From Lama guanicoe (lineage: Eukaryota): a stretch of 64,000 nucleotides of DNA. The translations under genes were made by a program, and so were the position numbers. Positions 13,249 to 27,311 of this stretch are shown piece by piece. The notes beneath the pieces are model-generated. The model did no database searches, was not told where the DNA came from, and was given only the letters and a program-made list of their open reading frames with translations. The stretch is from NCBI GenBank assembly GCA_013239625.1, contig MU053754.1:927379-991378 (forward strand), written 5' to 3'. Each line of letters starts with the position of its first letter. The stretch's first letter is position 1.

Positions 13249-14344
13249 AATGAATACAAAAGGGAGGGTTTGGAACATTCTGTCTCAAACAGGACACTGA
13301 CAGTTCACCCAGCAGAAAAGAACTGTGTGCATATTTCTGATTGTAATTCCAACTGATACCCAGTTGGCAACATTAAAAGTTATCTTTTAAGGAGAATCAT
13401 ATCAATATCTTTAAATAATTTGCAAGCATATTCCTTGCAAGACCTTTCTTTTCTAGATACCATAAAAGTAAGTATACACATTTAGTCTTTAGAGCCCTGT
13501 GCACTATGCAAATTAAGTAAGCACTCTGATTGTATTATTGCCTGTCATGGCCGAGATGTCAGACCAGTGAAAGAGCTGGCACTACTCCTTGACTTCCGGC
13601 TCTGAAGATTTTTAAAAATGTGAGAAAAAGTGTGTGTGTGTGATGTGTATAGAATATAACATGAAAAAATAAACTGCCTAGTTCTAGTTTTATTTTTTAA
13701 CAGTGATACTCAATTCAAACCTTAGCTTCAACTACGTGAAGAAGTCACTTTTCATAGGTGACAACGCAGATTAGGCTAGAAAGTTTTAAAATACGTTCCC
13801 CTGAGGTTTTCGATAAGATTGGCCTAGAAACCGCACACTAATGATGACAGAATCAAGGCTTATAAAACCTGTTTTAGGAGATTCTGATTTTTTAGTCGTA
13901 TTACAAAGGCTAGAGCCTCATTATCTTTTATCGTTTGTACTTTTGAAACACTAATGTATGCATTACTTTTCTATACATTATTAAATTTCATTTTAACTGG
14001 GAAGTATTAATATTTTAACCCAGGAGTTTAAATGCTATTAATACTAACTTGTCTTTCTACTTTCTAAAGGGAAAGCTTTCCAAGTTCAATTTGAATCTTC
14101 TTAACTTTTATTTCTGCACTTTGGGAAAGGATACTCTAATGGCATGGGTTATCGTAAAAGTAAGATAATGAAAAACTAATTTATGTCTCACTTGAATGCA
14201 TTTGGGGATTTACGTGAATATGCATCCTTAATGTGTGAAGAATTCATGACAAAACACAAATGTGAAATAGAGCAGTGTAGACTGGACTCAGGTGAAGCAA
14301 ACTTTTTCAGCCTTCTGATCTACCCTTCTAAGCAAATCTTTCCC

Positions 14345-15200
14345 TATTTTTCCTTCTTTTTTTGTTTCTTCTTTTAGTTGAAGTATAGTTGCTGTACAAT
14401 GTTATATACATTACAGGTGTACAGTGTAGTGATTCAGTTTTAAAGGTTATATCCCATTTATAGTTATTATACGATATTGACTGTACTCCCTATGTTGTGC
14501 ACTATATCCTTCTAGCTTACGTTGTACCTGATAGTTTGTACCTCTTACTGCCCTCCTCCCTATGCTGCCCCTACCCTTTCCCTCTCCCCACTGGTCACCA
14601 CTAGTTTGTTCTCTAGATCTGTGAGTCGGCTTCTATTTTGTTACACTTACCATGTTGCTGTATTTTTTGGATTCCACATATAAGTAATACCATACAGCAT
14701 TTATCTTTCTCTGGCTGGCTTACTTCACTTAGCCTAATGCCCTCCAAGTCCATCCATGGTGCAGAAAATGGCAAAATTTTATTCTTTTTTATGGCTGAAT
14801 AGTATTCCATTGTATATATGCACACATCTTCTTTATCTGTTCATCTGCTGATGGACACTTAGGTTGTTTCCACATCTTGGCAACTGTACGTAATGCTGCT
14901 GTGAACACTGGGATGCGTGCATCTTTTTGAATTTCTGTTTTTGTTTTGGATATGGATACCCAGGAGTGGAATTGCTGGGTCATGTGGTAGTTCTATTTTT
15001 AATTTTTTGAGAAGTGTTCATACTGGTTTTCATAGTGTTTGCACCAATTTGCATTCCCACCAACAGTGTACGAGGGTTCTCGTTTTTCCACATCCCCACC
15101 AACGCTTACATTTGTAGACCTTTTGATGATGGCCATTCTGACAAGTGTGAGGCGATACCTCATTGTGGTTTTGATTTGCGTTTCCCTGATGATTAACAGT
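14345..15200 (-). mobile_element. 5'-truncated L1 (ORF2 C-terminus and 3' UTR)
   Basis: Minus-strand ORF fragments such as [18 protein letters not shown]; poly-T at the left end. Confidence 0.93.
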
Positions 15201-17695
15201 GAACAAGCATGTTAATTAGGCTTTCCCAGCTTTAAAGCCAGAAAGTCATTCCATTTATGTCAAGCAGTGAGGAAACATGAAAATAAGGAACCTGTAGCGT
15301 CTCCGTCGGGAGGCCACCATGCTGAAGAGGTGGATATTCAGCTGGCATCGCCCAGAGCAGCCTCACTGAAGAACAGGAATCCAAATACAGCCAGAATCAT
15401 GGAGAAGAGAGTTAAGGGCAGTTCTGACCATTCATTTCTTTATTGCTTTCCAGCCTTAGAAGTTGCTAGTTTTCCCTACCTTTTCTTTCTCTTATCTCTG
15501 TTACATTTTCTTGTCTCCAACACAGTGGCGCTCTCCTTTGGCCCAAGATTTGTAAAATACAGGCCAGGAACTGAGATGTAAGAAACCACCTGCTGTGTTT
15601 GCTCAGTAGGGGCTGCGGGTGGTGGGGGGTTCCTCACGATAGGCTGTGAAGTGTACCAGCCCCAACAGCTTGGGCCAGATAATTCTTTATGTGAACTGTT
15701 CCAGTTTTAGCCGACTGGCGTTCAGGCAAATTATGGTTACATGGCCAAACCGTGGTTTGCAATTGGCACGGTAACGCTGAGGAAAAAGAAATCTAAATCC
15801 CAGCCAACAGCAGCAAACGTGTGAAAGCCCAGAGGCAACCTGGGGCGCTCTGCTTCCGGCTGGGGTTGGTGTCCAGTTAGGTGCCACATGTCACCCCATT
15901 CTTTTTTATCAGTAAGTCCTTGGGACATGACCTCCCAAAGGCAGGTCACAGGAACGCAAGCAGTGCGTAACGCTTCCTGGTGCTTCAGCTCCGAGCTGGA
16001 CCGCTGTCGTACCACTCCCTTCCCGTTGGCCAAGCCAAGTCCTCTGTCCAGGCCCAGCAGCCCCAGGGCGGATGCTGGAGCTCACACTCCAGTGGAAGGG
16101 GGTACAGCTTTAGGGGCGGGAGAGCTGGAAAAACAGAGGGCAGTGACTCTGTCTTCCACTCGTGATGGCTTAGCCTCGCTCTCCACGAGCCCCTGGAAGA
16201 AGGTCCCGGATACGGGCTTTACTGTCCACACCTGTAATGAGAGCATCTATGAAAAAACCATCGCTAATGGTGACTTTGAGGGAAACCAGATTACATTAGC
16301 GAAAAATCTCGGGTTTATGGAGAGAGAGTTTTGTCACAAATAACGTAAGAGAATGATTATATAATACTTGCGTCTGTCCGCGTATACCCAGTGTATTTGC
16401 TGAGAAGCTTTGGTAACAAAGAATTTAACGTTGTCTGGACTGTTTAAAGACCAAGAGTTTATTTTGTCTATTATCACAAACCAAGTAGGAAACTGTTCGG
16501 CTGAGTAAGCAGAATACTTTAAGTATTTAAACATCCTATCCCCAGGGTCCCCAAAAGAGGGGACTAATTAATAGTTTTGACTAGGTTTTCATGAAATCAA
16601 GCAAATCCAAGGAATAATTTGGACGCAGTGCACACTTTGACACGCAGGTGAACTCGTGACCTCTGCGATCGTCCGTGATTAAGAACTCCTGAAAACCCTC
16701 CTGCACACCGGATGACTGGATAAACCTGAAAGAGGCTTCGATGATTTAAAGTAGAAACGCTCTTGTTATTCTTTTAAATACCCCTGAGAAAGACCAGATA
16801 GTAGAATGCGGGTTTCATCTCAATTTGTGTCCATTTCGCTTCTAAGCGTTTAATCTCTAGCAGCAATTCGTGCATTACAGGATTTAGGGTCTGCATGCGG
16901 AGATGGTGTGGAGGACACCGAGGACAATTTACCTCTCCTCTGCTAAGCCACTTCTGGCGTATTGCAGCCTGGGCCCCAGACCATTAGTTAAGAACTTTAA
17001 AAGGATTACATTCCAGGATCCCCTTTATTTATACCAGTTTGAATGCTCCAGGGATGGGAGACGTTGATGGATGTCTTCCAACTTTAGCTGCCTCTGCTTT
17101 GAAGTGATTACAGAACTGTCATTCAGCTGCACATATTATATGTACTTCTTTTTTTATGGGGGGTTGGGTTTTTTCCTCAATCCTGCCACTGTACGTAGAC
17201 CTAGGCTAAATCATACCACATAATCACATCGTATGCCAAACTTCTCATACAATTCTTTTCTTTCTCAAAATAGAGGTTGCTCACCTAGTGATTTGGATTG
17301 TCCCAACGTAGGTTTCTGTTGTTCTTATTTGGGAAGAAGAGCCTGAACGCAGGTAACACCAGCTTCTACTGGGTTGAAATAATCGCTGGCTTGATGTGGG
17401 GATGACTCACCCGCGTCAGCTGTTGCTTTGAGAAGCCTTATCAGACCAGCTGCATACTTAGCAGACTGGGGAAGGACGGCGTCGTGTGCCAGGCTTTATG
17501 TCGTGTCGCTTCCTTCCAGATAATAGGTTGTCATCTGAATCAGAATAGAGTTTAAATTCTGTGATATATGTATTACTCATACATAGAATGTTACAAGGTC
17601 ATTCCAGATCTTTGTGTTCTGGTCAAATTAAGTAATGGAATGAGCTGTCCCTGGACATCAGTAGAGTGGGAGACAAAATTGTGTTTTACTTTCCA

Positions 17696-18125
17696 GTGTG
17701 TGTGTGTTACTCAGGAACAGATGTTGAGACGAAGATTTGAATGTGAGCAGTTTATCTGGGATGTGATGTTAACAAACGTCAGTGAGAGAAAAGGGAAGTG
17801 ACACAAGGGTAGAAGCTCAGAAAAGGGTTTTCTCCAGCCAGTTATTCCTGTGGACATCTGGACCTGAATTCCATTGCGGGTCTCTAGGAGGCAGTGCAGG
17901 ACACAAACTAGGAGTTCTCACTCCCAGGAGAAGAGTGAGCTGGAGCTGTTCGGCATCAGCCCCCATCAGCCATCGGTTGGGGCCACTGTGGGAGGCCTTC
18001 ATCCCCTGGCACTTCCGGCATGCTGTGTGCTTGGCCAGAGCGGGCTCGGGTGGCCGGACAAGGCCTTGAGCCAAGGAGACACAGATGCCGGCACTGGAAG
18101 ACGGGTAGACAGACCAGAGCAGTGT
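17696..18125. mobile_element. Old ERVL-class LTR (LTR16-like)
   Basis: Motif cagatgttgagacgaagatttgaatgtgagcagtttatctgggatgtgat resembles a recalled LTR16-type terminus. Confidence 0.5.
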
Positions 18126-18299
18126 TCATGAGAATCACAGGGACTAAGAAAATATGGGCAGGGTATCTGAATCGGTGTCTGTATCTGAGCTGTATCTTTA
18201 TCCACATCTCTCTCTGTAATTGTATCTGTGTCTGTACGTTTATGTCTGTACATGCATGTAGGTATGCATATAGTCACATTCTTATTATGACTTAGTTAA

Positions 18300-21200
18300 A
18301 AAAAAAACGAATAAAATCTAGAATGCCCAGATTTTACAAAACACTTTTATACACAAGGCTAGATATCAGCAATACAGATTGACCCCCCCCAAACTAATCA
18401 TTTGTAAACTGAGTCGTATGTAAATTGGAAAAAAAAAAGAATTGTGTGAAGCAACACCCAGATCAAAGGGAAAATCCTAACAGAACTGTGAGCTACCTTG
18501 CAAGTAATAAAAAGGGAAATTCAGTACGCCGAAGCCTACAGCAGACCTATTTATATTAACCTAAGCTTTCGTTACTAAAATGAGAAAGACTGATTATAAA
18601 TGACCTACGTGTTCAGTGTAATAAACTAGAAAAAAAAATCATTAGAAAAGCAAAATAGTTCCACAAGAAAGGAGAAAAATCAACAGCTCTTCCTAAATCC
18701 ATGAGCGAGAGGAGGACATGGAGCAGACTGCCCCCAGCATCGATGGATTACTGGAGACTCAATGTGCACAAGTCTGAGAGTTAAACATTCCGGGAGTAGG
18801 GGGCCAGGGTTTAGCGAGTTTACCCAGACCAGCTTAACTACTTCCTTGCAGTAAATATTGGAGAGAATTCCCCTCTGGATTCCAGTAGGAGGAAGGGGAG
18901 AGGAACTCAGATACATCAGGAATGAGCTGTGTGTAACTGACACCTGTAGGATCCTTCATCCCACAGCAGGGGACACGTTCCTCTCAAGTTCACAGGGAAT
19001 ATCGACCACGGCAAGACCCTATTCTGGGCCAAATAACACAGCTTTGCGAATTTGAAAGAATAGCAGTCATGCAATATCTGCTGTCAGGCCACAGCAGAAC
19101 TGAAGTAGAAATCACTAACAGAGAGAGAACTGGAGAAAAACATATGGAGATTAAACAATACTTTTTTTTAGTTTTATTGAGTTATAGTCAGTTTACAATG
19201 TTGTGTCAATTTCCAGTGTAGAGCACAATGTTTCAGTTATACATGAACATACATGTATTCATTGTCACATTCTTTTTCGCTGTGAGCTACCATAAGATCT
19301 TGTATATATTTCCCTGTGCTATACAGTATAATCTTGTTTATCTATTCTACAGATGCCTGTCAGAATCTACAAATTTTGAATTCCCAGTCTGTCCCTTCCC
19401 ACCCCTCTCCCCACTGGCAGCCACAAGTTTGTATCTATGTCTATGAGTCTGTTTCTGTTTTGTATTTATGTTCATTTTTCTTTGTTTCTTTTCTTTTTTT
19501 GGATTCCACATATGAGCAATCTCATATTTTTCTTTCTCTTTCTGACTAACTTCACTTCTGATGACATTCTCCAGGGACATCCATGTTGCTGCAGATGGCA
19601 TTATGTTGTCATTTTTATGGCTGAGTAGTATTCCATTGTATAAATATACCACCTCTTCTTTATCCAGTCACCTGTTGATGGACATTTAGGCTGTTTCGAT
19701 GTCTTGCCATTGTAAATAGCGCTGCTGTGAACATTGGGGTGCAGGTGTCTTTTTGAAGTAGGGTTCCTTCGGGATATATGCCTAGAAGCAGGACGACTGT
19801 GTCAAATGGTGAGTCGACTCCTAGTCCTTTGAGGAATCTCCATACTGTTTTCCATAGTGCCTGCACCAAACTGCATTCCCACCAACAGTGTAGGAGGGTT
19901 CCCTTTTCTCCACAGCCTCTCCAGCATTTGTCATTTGTGGACTTTTGAATGATGGCCATTCTGACTGGTGTGAGATGATACCTCACTGTAGTTTAGATTT
20001 GCATTTCTCTGATAATTGGTGACATTGAGCATTTTTTCATGTGCCTATTGATCATTCATATGTCTTCATTGGAGAATTGCTTGTTTAGATATTCTGCTCA
20101 TTTTTTGATTGAGTTTTTTGTTTTTTTTCTTATTAAGTCATATGAGTGGTTTATATATTCTGGAAATCAAGCCTTTGTCAGTTTCATCTTTTGCAAAAAT
20201 TGTCTCCCATTCCATAGGTTGTCATTTTGTTTTGCTTATGGTTTCCTTTGCTATGCAGAAGCTTGTAAGTTTCATTAGGTCCCATTTGTTTATTCTTGCT
20301 TTTATTTCTATTGCTTTGGTAGACTGCCCTAGGAGAACATTGCTGAGATGTATGCAAGATAATGTTTTGGCTATATTTTCTTTTAGGAAGTTTATTGTAC
20401 CTTGTCTTAAATGTGTAAGTCTTTGATCCATTTTGAGTTTAACAATGCTCTTATAAATGACATGTACATCAAAGAAGAAATCTCAAGAAAAATTTTAAAA
20501 TGTTTTAACTAAATGAAAATGAAAACACAGCTTACCAAAATTTGTGGCATGCCATGAAAGCAGTGCTTAGAGGGAAAAGGACAGCATTGAATGAATATTT
20601 GAGGAAAGAAGAAAGCTCTAAAATCAATAATACAAGTTGTTACCTTAGGAAACTGGAAAATGAGGAACAAAGTAGATCCAAAGTAAGCTGAAGAAAAGAA
20701 ACAGTAAGAATCAGAGCAGAAATCAATGAAATTGGAAGTAAGCAATCAGTAGAGCAAATCAGTGAAACCAAAAGCTAGGTTTTTTTTAAAAAAATGAATA
20801 AAAGCAATTTTATTTGCTTTTTTCAAAAATTTTATTTTATTTGCTCTAGCCAGGCTAACTAAGAAAAGCAGAGAGTGTACAAATTAATAATACCAGAAAT
20901 GAAAGAGGAGCATCACCTGTGGAAGGAGCAGACCCTGTGGAAATTAAAAGGAGAAGAAACGAATTCTGTGAACAGCTCCAGGCCCACAAATATGATAACC
21001 TAGGTGAAACGGAACAATTCCTTAGAAGATAATGATCTCCCAAAACTAAGACGAGAAGGAAGAGATGATCTGAATAGACCTCTATCTTTTATGTAAATTG
21101 AATCAATAGTGAATAACCTTCCAAAAAAGAAATGGGTTCACTACTGAATTCTACCAAGCATTAAAGAAGGAACGGTAACACTGTCTCCAAGCTCGTTCTG

Positions 21201-22850
21201 AAGGTAGAAACAGGGACTTAACTACTTCCTCCGTCGTTCTGTGAGGTCCAGACAGATATTACAAGAAACTGTTAATAAGTGTCTCTCGTGAACATAGATG
21301 CAAAATCCTCAAGAAAGTATGAGCAAGTCAAATCTACAAGGGTATAATGAGAATTATACACCATGACCAAGTGGGATTTACCCCGGAACTGAATCCAAAG
21401 CTGGATCAACATTCAAAAACCAGTCGGTGTAATGCATGACATCAACAGGCTAAGAACGAAAAAATCACAGGGTCTGTCAGTCGATGCACAAAACAAGTTT
21501 AACAAAATCCAGCACATGTTCATGATAAAAACTCTCAGTAAACTAGGAATAGAGAGGAGTTTCCTCAACTTGATAAAGAAAAAATTAAAAAAGCAAAATA
21601 AAAGAGTAAAGATAAAACTAGAAATTACTAAAGTAGTATAAATAGTAGCAATCTTAAATGTCATAAATGTATCCAAACACTATTTCTTTGAACTTAAATT
21701 TTTTTTTCAGAAAGTTAGATGACGGAAAATTAGACAAAGCAAAAACTGGATGAGATTGAGGAGTGAGGTCAGCAGTGTAATTTCAGATACTTAAGAGATG
21801 AGAAGATTTACAAGAGCGTACTTTGTGCACCTCTGTTGCAATACATATGAGAATTTTAAAGCAAATGATTGATTTCTTGAAAAACTACCCAAACTTTCTT
21901 CTCAAAGAGGCAGAAAACTGAATCTACAGATAATCAAGCAAGATGTTGAAAAGGTAATTTAAACAGATGCAAGTTTGAAAAAATATACATCAGGCCCAGA
22001 TGGTGTCACAGCTGAGGTCTATTTGAGATTTAGGGTACAAATCATTTCTATGTAATGTAAACTTTCCTAGGCTATAGAAAAAAAAAAAACTGGGAAACAA
22101 TCCAGTTTCATGATGTCAGCATAATTTAATCCTGTAACTTGCTAAGGTACCAAATAATTGAAAAAATGTAGAATAATGTATATGATTATTGTACATGACT
22201 GGGTTCAGAAATCGTAAATAGATTATTAGTCAGCAGAATCTAAAATATTCAAAAAGATAGCCGATATTTTAAGCCCGGGAGGCAGTGATGGTTAAAGATG
22301 TTTTGTTCTAACAAACAAAAGGAGAAAACCATCTGTGTGCATTCATGGTGGCTGATGAAGGACAGCTTTTGATAAATTTAGCAGCTACTCCTAAAAAAAG
22401 TCTAAGTGAGGCAGTACCGGAGGACAACAACCTAACCATGAAGCAGACTAGTTACTCCCAGTTATCCTAATAAAGAGAGAAGCAATGCACTATTTCTGTT
22501 AAAATCAAGATAAAAACCAGGGATGCTGGCCCTCACCACTCTTAATCAACGTTGCCTTGAAGGTTCTCGCTGAAGCACGAATGCCAGGAAAAGTAATCAT
22601 TATACATACATGTTTCAAGTTACAGAGGAGTTCAGTATGCAGTTGCTAATACTATGTATCTAAGAAATTAAAAAGTTAGAAGTGTTTAAGAATGTGTAAG
22701 ATAAACTGCTGAGACAAATGATACAAGTAGTCATATAGAATAAAATTTTCTCCCTATTCTGTCCATACCCCATAGAAAATAAGAAAAAATACATTGTATT
22801 CATAGTAGCAGCCAGAATGATAGAATGACTAAGAAAAAATTATTGCAGTA
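18300..22850 (+). mobile_element. Decayed sense L1 ORF2 sequence, probably two nested old elements, interrupted by a younger L1
   Basis: A-rich ORF2-like text (aacatagatgcaaaatcctcaa, catgaccaagtgggattta; ORF DAQNKFNKIQHMFMIKTLSKLGIE); a more diverged RT-like stretch at 21900-22850. Confidence 0.75.
19161..20440 (-). mobile_element. Younger 5'-truncated L1 nested in an older L1
   Basis: ORF fragments [41 protein letters not shown]-like aacaata/gct on both sides. Confidence 0.95.
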
Positions 22851-25537
22851 TTTATACTACGTACAAACGTATCTTTCTTTTCTTAGTCATCTCTACATAT
22901 ATTTGTATAATATACATTGTATAATATGTAATGTATTTTTCTGATATATTTCTATGCCAATCTACTTCAATATACTATACGTTATATATTACATGTATAT
23001 AATATATAAAACCAGGAGTTTTGAGTGCATGTTGAAGAGAACATAGCCTGCTTCCCCCAGCTTAGTTCACCGGGATGCAAACATTTGCATGTGAAACACT
23101 CCTGGGAAGTTAACGTCTGAGCGTCGTGGAGAGAACTGTGGCAGCTGGCTGACCGCACAGGGCAAGGAGGTCGACTGCCCGTGACCTTCTAGAAGGCGTC
23201 ATGAAGGTGTTCTCACTCTTTCTGCTTCTTTTCACTGCGGTCTTGCATTTGTAGCCACGGCATTGGCACCTGGCAGGCGAAGTCTCATTTCCCTTTTCCA
23301 GGTGGTAGAATTAAGCAGAAAGTTGTACCCAGAACCAGTGGTGGAATCTGCCCTTGAAACTCAAAAGACATTACTCCACAGGGTTGTCTTTTCTCCGTCG
23401 TGATGAAGACGTGCACTGGTCTTTTGAGGGACTTTTTTTTTGGTGAGTCCTATTTTTAAAATAATAATTTACGTTTTATTTAAATTCATTTTTGGCTGTG
23501 TCATTATCTTTTAAGGAAAGATGTAGTGCATCTGCTCATCGTTTGGCATCGGACACAAGGTAGTGTTCTGGTGAAGCTTGACAACAAATCTTTCCCTCTG
23601 GAATTGCATACTCTGTCCCTTCCATTCTGAACTCCAGGACTTTTCTCAGTTCTTAGCATTACAACATATCTCAAGGAGGTGAATATTATTATTCTCTTTT
23701 TTTCTGAAAATTACTTCAACAAGAATCTTATTGATTACATTCTTTGAGTGCACAAAGGGTTTTCTTGAAATATCATTGTGGACTTTATGTGTTCACGGAG
23801 CCCGATGCTTCCAGACCACTACTGTCCATATAAAAGGAACGTGCACACAAACAGTTAAAGTTCTGACCAATTGTTTTAATAACTTTAGCTGGAACTAATA
23901 TGAAATGAATAGATGAAAAATGTTTTAAACCACTATTTTTAAAAATCGCCGAACAGTAGTTCCTTCTGCCTGAAATACTCCCTAGACATGACGTAACGCC
24001 GGGACGCCCAGGTGGGTATACTGCCCTTTCTGTGGCTGCAGAGGACGTCCCAACACTTGGTGGTGTCACAAGGTTCCATGTGCATTTTGTGACTTTTGTC
24101 ACTATGCTTTGAAAGATCAGCATGGTTTGAAAAGAAAAAGAATACAAACATAAATTAAGACTCCAATAACACAATTTTTAAATGCCTTTGTTTGATATAA
24201 AAACCAAGATGTGCAAATGATTTCAGATACATTATTTTTTGCACTTAGAATCACATGTATAATGCTGTTTCTTACCAAAAACTTTAAAAATGACCACCCG
24301 TAGACTATACGTTTAAGCTTTGCACACAGATGGGCTGAGAGATCTTCATTTGATTAATTACTGTTTCGTGTTGCTATCAAGGACAGAAACCACATGATCT
24401 GTGTAGCAGACATGTTGTTAGAGTCTAAGAATGCTTGGGGGACACAGGCAGTTTCTGCCGACATCTAGCAGAGGTCACGTCAACGTGCTCAACAGCGTCA
24501 GGGCACTTCGGAAGGCTGTTGTCTCGGAGCTCAGATGCATTAACAAGCTTTATGTTCTCAGTATGAAAAGAAAAATATATTCACAGACAAGCAGACCTAA
24601 AAGTCACGCCTGCCAAAATCAGGATTTGAAAGACCCTTGAGGAAGACGTCTCACTCTACCAGTATGTCCAGACTTCGCCTTTGACTGTTCCTGTTTCACT
24701 TACTTGATGGATGAGAGTTACTGTTTCAGCAAGGGTTTCAAGACAAGATGAAGTTTACTAAAGTCATCGAGGACAGCTCATCAGAACACCGAAGCGCTTC
24801 CATCCACGGGGCACTGGGACGGTGATCTGGATCTTCGGGTGTGGCACACACCCCTTGATGGAGGTTAAGTAAGATGTGTTGGATTGAGGAGGATTGCTTA
24901 AGATGGAACCACTGACATAGCAGGCTTCGTTCCAAGGCAGGGCTCCCAGTCCATCGCAGACGGCAGCCCTTTGGGTCCGCCGCCTGGCAGGAGCGGTTTC
25001 CACATCCGGCCGTTACCGTGCTGTCTGACGGTGCCAGCTAACGGGAAGGCTCTACAGACGTCGTCCTAATGCAGGCGCTCCTGAGGGTTGAGGGGTGACA
25101 CAAATGTGGTTCTGTGTAGTGGAATTGGCTAGGATGCTATTGTGAGAAATTTAGCGAAATTTGGCAGGAGCCTAGAGCCAGTGGTCAGGATTCTCCTTTC
25201 ATAAGAGCTTGAGGAGAGCGGTGTTGTTTTCTGGGCTTTTCTAAGGCTACCCATTCACTTGGCACACGAGTCAGTCTTTGTGTTTTGTTGGGTATCATTG
25301 CTTCAAAAATAAAGCAAGTACAGTTAACCAGGAAAGCACTGTGGGGCAAGAGTACCTAGAATTTATTCCTACTCAAGGCAAGTTGTTCTACACGTAACAG
25401 CCATGTCCAAAGAAGTTTACTGTCCTTGGTTTTACCATAAAAAAGGAAACACATTGAGTTCTTCAGTCAGAGCAGGTATCAAGATTTTTTATTGTTACCT
25501 TTCGTGCTGAACAATGGATACAGAGTAAGCGACGGGA

Positions 25538-25655
25538 GGGGGAGGGCCGAGCTCCGTGGCAGGCGCGTGCTTAGCACCCATGAGGCCCTGGGTTCAATCC
25601 CCCGTCCCTCCATTAAAATAAATAAATCAACCTAATGACCACCCCCCCAAAAAAT
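25538..25655 (+). mobile_element. tRNA-derived SINE (camelid vic-1-like)
   Basis: gggggagggccgagctccgtggc...ctgggttcaatcccc B box, then A-rich tail aaataaataaatcaacctaat. Confidence 0.8.
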
Positions 25656-25754
25656 TCAAAATAACTTACTGGAATATTCAAATAACACTTGAATACATGC
25701 CACTGATGGAGAAAGGGCTTGTTTTCCCAAGAACCAATATTATCCCTTCCTCCA

Positions 25755-26420
25755 TTTTTTTTTAGTTGAGGTAGAGTCAGTTTACAATGTTTGTCGATTT
25801 CTGGTGTATAGCACAATGCTTCAGTCATATAAGAGCATACGTATATTCATTTTCGTATTCTTTTTCACCATAAACTGTTGCAAGATACTGAATATAGTTC
25901 CCTGTGCTATACTATATAAACTTGTTTATCTACTTATATATATATGAGTCAGTATCTACAAATCTCGAACTCCCAGTTTATCCCTTCCCATCCCCTTCCC
26001 CTCTGGTAACCATAAGTTTGTTTTCTATGTCTGTGAATCTGTTTCTGTTTTATAAATGAGTTCATTTGTCTTTTTTTTTTTTAGATTCCATATATAAGTG
26101 ATATCATATGGTATTTGTCTTTCTCTTTCTGGCTTACTTCACTTAGTATGATGATCTGCAGGGCCATCCATGTTGCTGCAAATGGCATTATTTTATCATT
26201 TCTTATGGCTGAGTAGTATTCCATTGTATAAAAATATACCACAACTTCTTTACCCAGTCATCTGTCGACAGATATTTAGGTTGTTTCCATGTCTTGGCTA
26301 TTGTAAATACTGCTGCTGTGAACCTTGGGCTGCAGGTGTCTTTCTGAATTAAGGTTCCCTCTGGATATAAGCCCAGGAGTGGGATTGTTGGATCATAGTG
26401 TAAGTCTGTTTTGAGTCTTT
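25755..26420 (-). mobile_element. 5'-truncated L1 with target-site duplication
   Basis: ORF YDPTIPLLGLYPEGTLIQKDTC...; flanks tatcccttcctccatttt and tgtccctccctccatttt. Confidence 0.93.
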
Positions 26421-27211
26421 TGTCCCTCCCTCCATTTTTACCCAGCGTTGATCCAAACAATCTTCTGGCAAATTTAGTTTTTAAAGAATATGTGCTATCT
26501 CTCAGCTACTTTATGAACAATAAAAGAATGGGGAGAGGGAAGTCAGTCTTGGTCATTCAAAATCAGCCTTCATTAGTCTTCTCTGAAGCCAACTGTTAGG
26601 AATCACTACATCTCAACTACTCTCTCAACTGTTCATGTAGAAATAACTAAAATTGGAAGTTCTAATACTTTCTACATCGAAATCAAGCGTGTCTCTTGAT
26701 CTTGAGCAGTACCTCAAGAACATCCCATGTCTCCCTCCAAATTAGCATGATTTTTGTTCTTGGCCTCCATCTCCTCCTCTGGGGCTCCTGGGCCACAGTG
26801 AGAATCAGTCCCCCCAGCTGCTGCTGGACACATGGTACCAGCTCCACACTGGGAAGGCCGCGGAGCCCCAGGAGGAAAGGGCGTTGTTGGCCACGTTCTT
26901 AATTCTTTATTGGGTTCCCTTAAACAATCTCAGAATTTTTATCTTGAGCAGGCACTCCATCGTAGTTCAGGATAGACGTTTAAAAAGAAAAGGAAAAAAG
27001 ATGACGGAGGAAACAGAGCTTTGGAACTTAACAGTACGTTTTACCACCATGAAGGGGGATTTCAGTACCAGATCAAGGAGGCCCCAGATGCCCACTCGCA
27101 GAGTCAGCACGACGCCCTTCCGTTCCCTGTGGCAGATGCTGGTGGCCGCCATCCTGAAAGATGGCATGCCCCGTACGGATTATGTCAGAATTCAGGAGGA
27201 ACTTTTCTTCT

Positions 27212-27311
27212 CTTTATTATTACTCTTTTTTAATGTGGGTACTGGGGATTGAACCCAGAACCTCATGCATGCGAAGCACACACTCTACCACCGAGCTGTA
27301 CCCACCGCCCC
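27212..27311 (-). mobile_element. tRNA-derived SINE (camelid vic-1-like)
   Basis: Reverse strand reads ggggcggtgggtacagctcggtggtagagtgtgtgcttcgcatgcatgaggttctgggttcaatccccagtac; degenerate TSD ggaac-tttt-tctc. Confidence 0.85.

Noticed and set aside
22880..23010. TA-rich quasi-palindromic tract as a structured element
   Set aside because: Low-complexity decayed (TA)n sequence at the end of an old L1.
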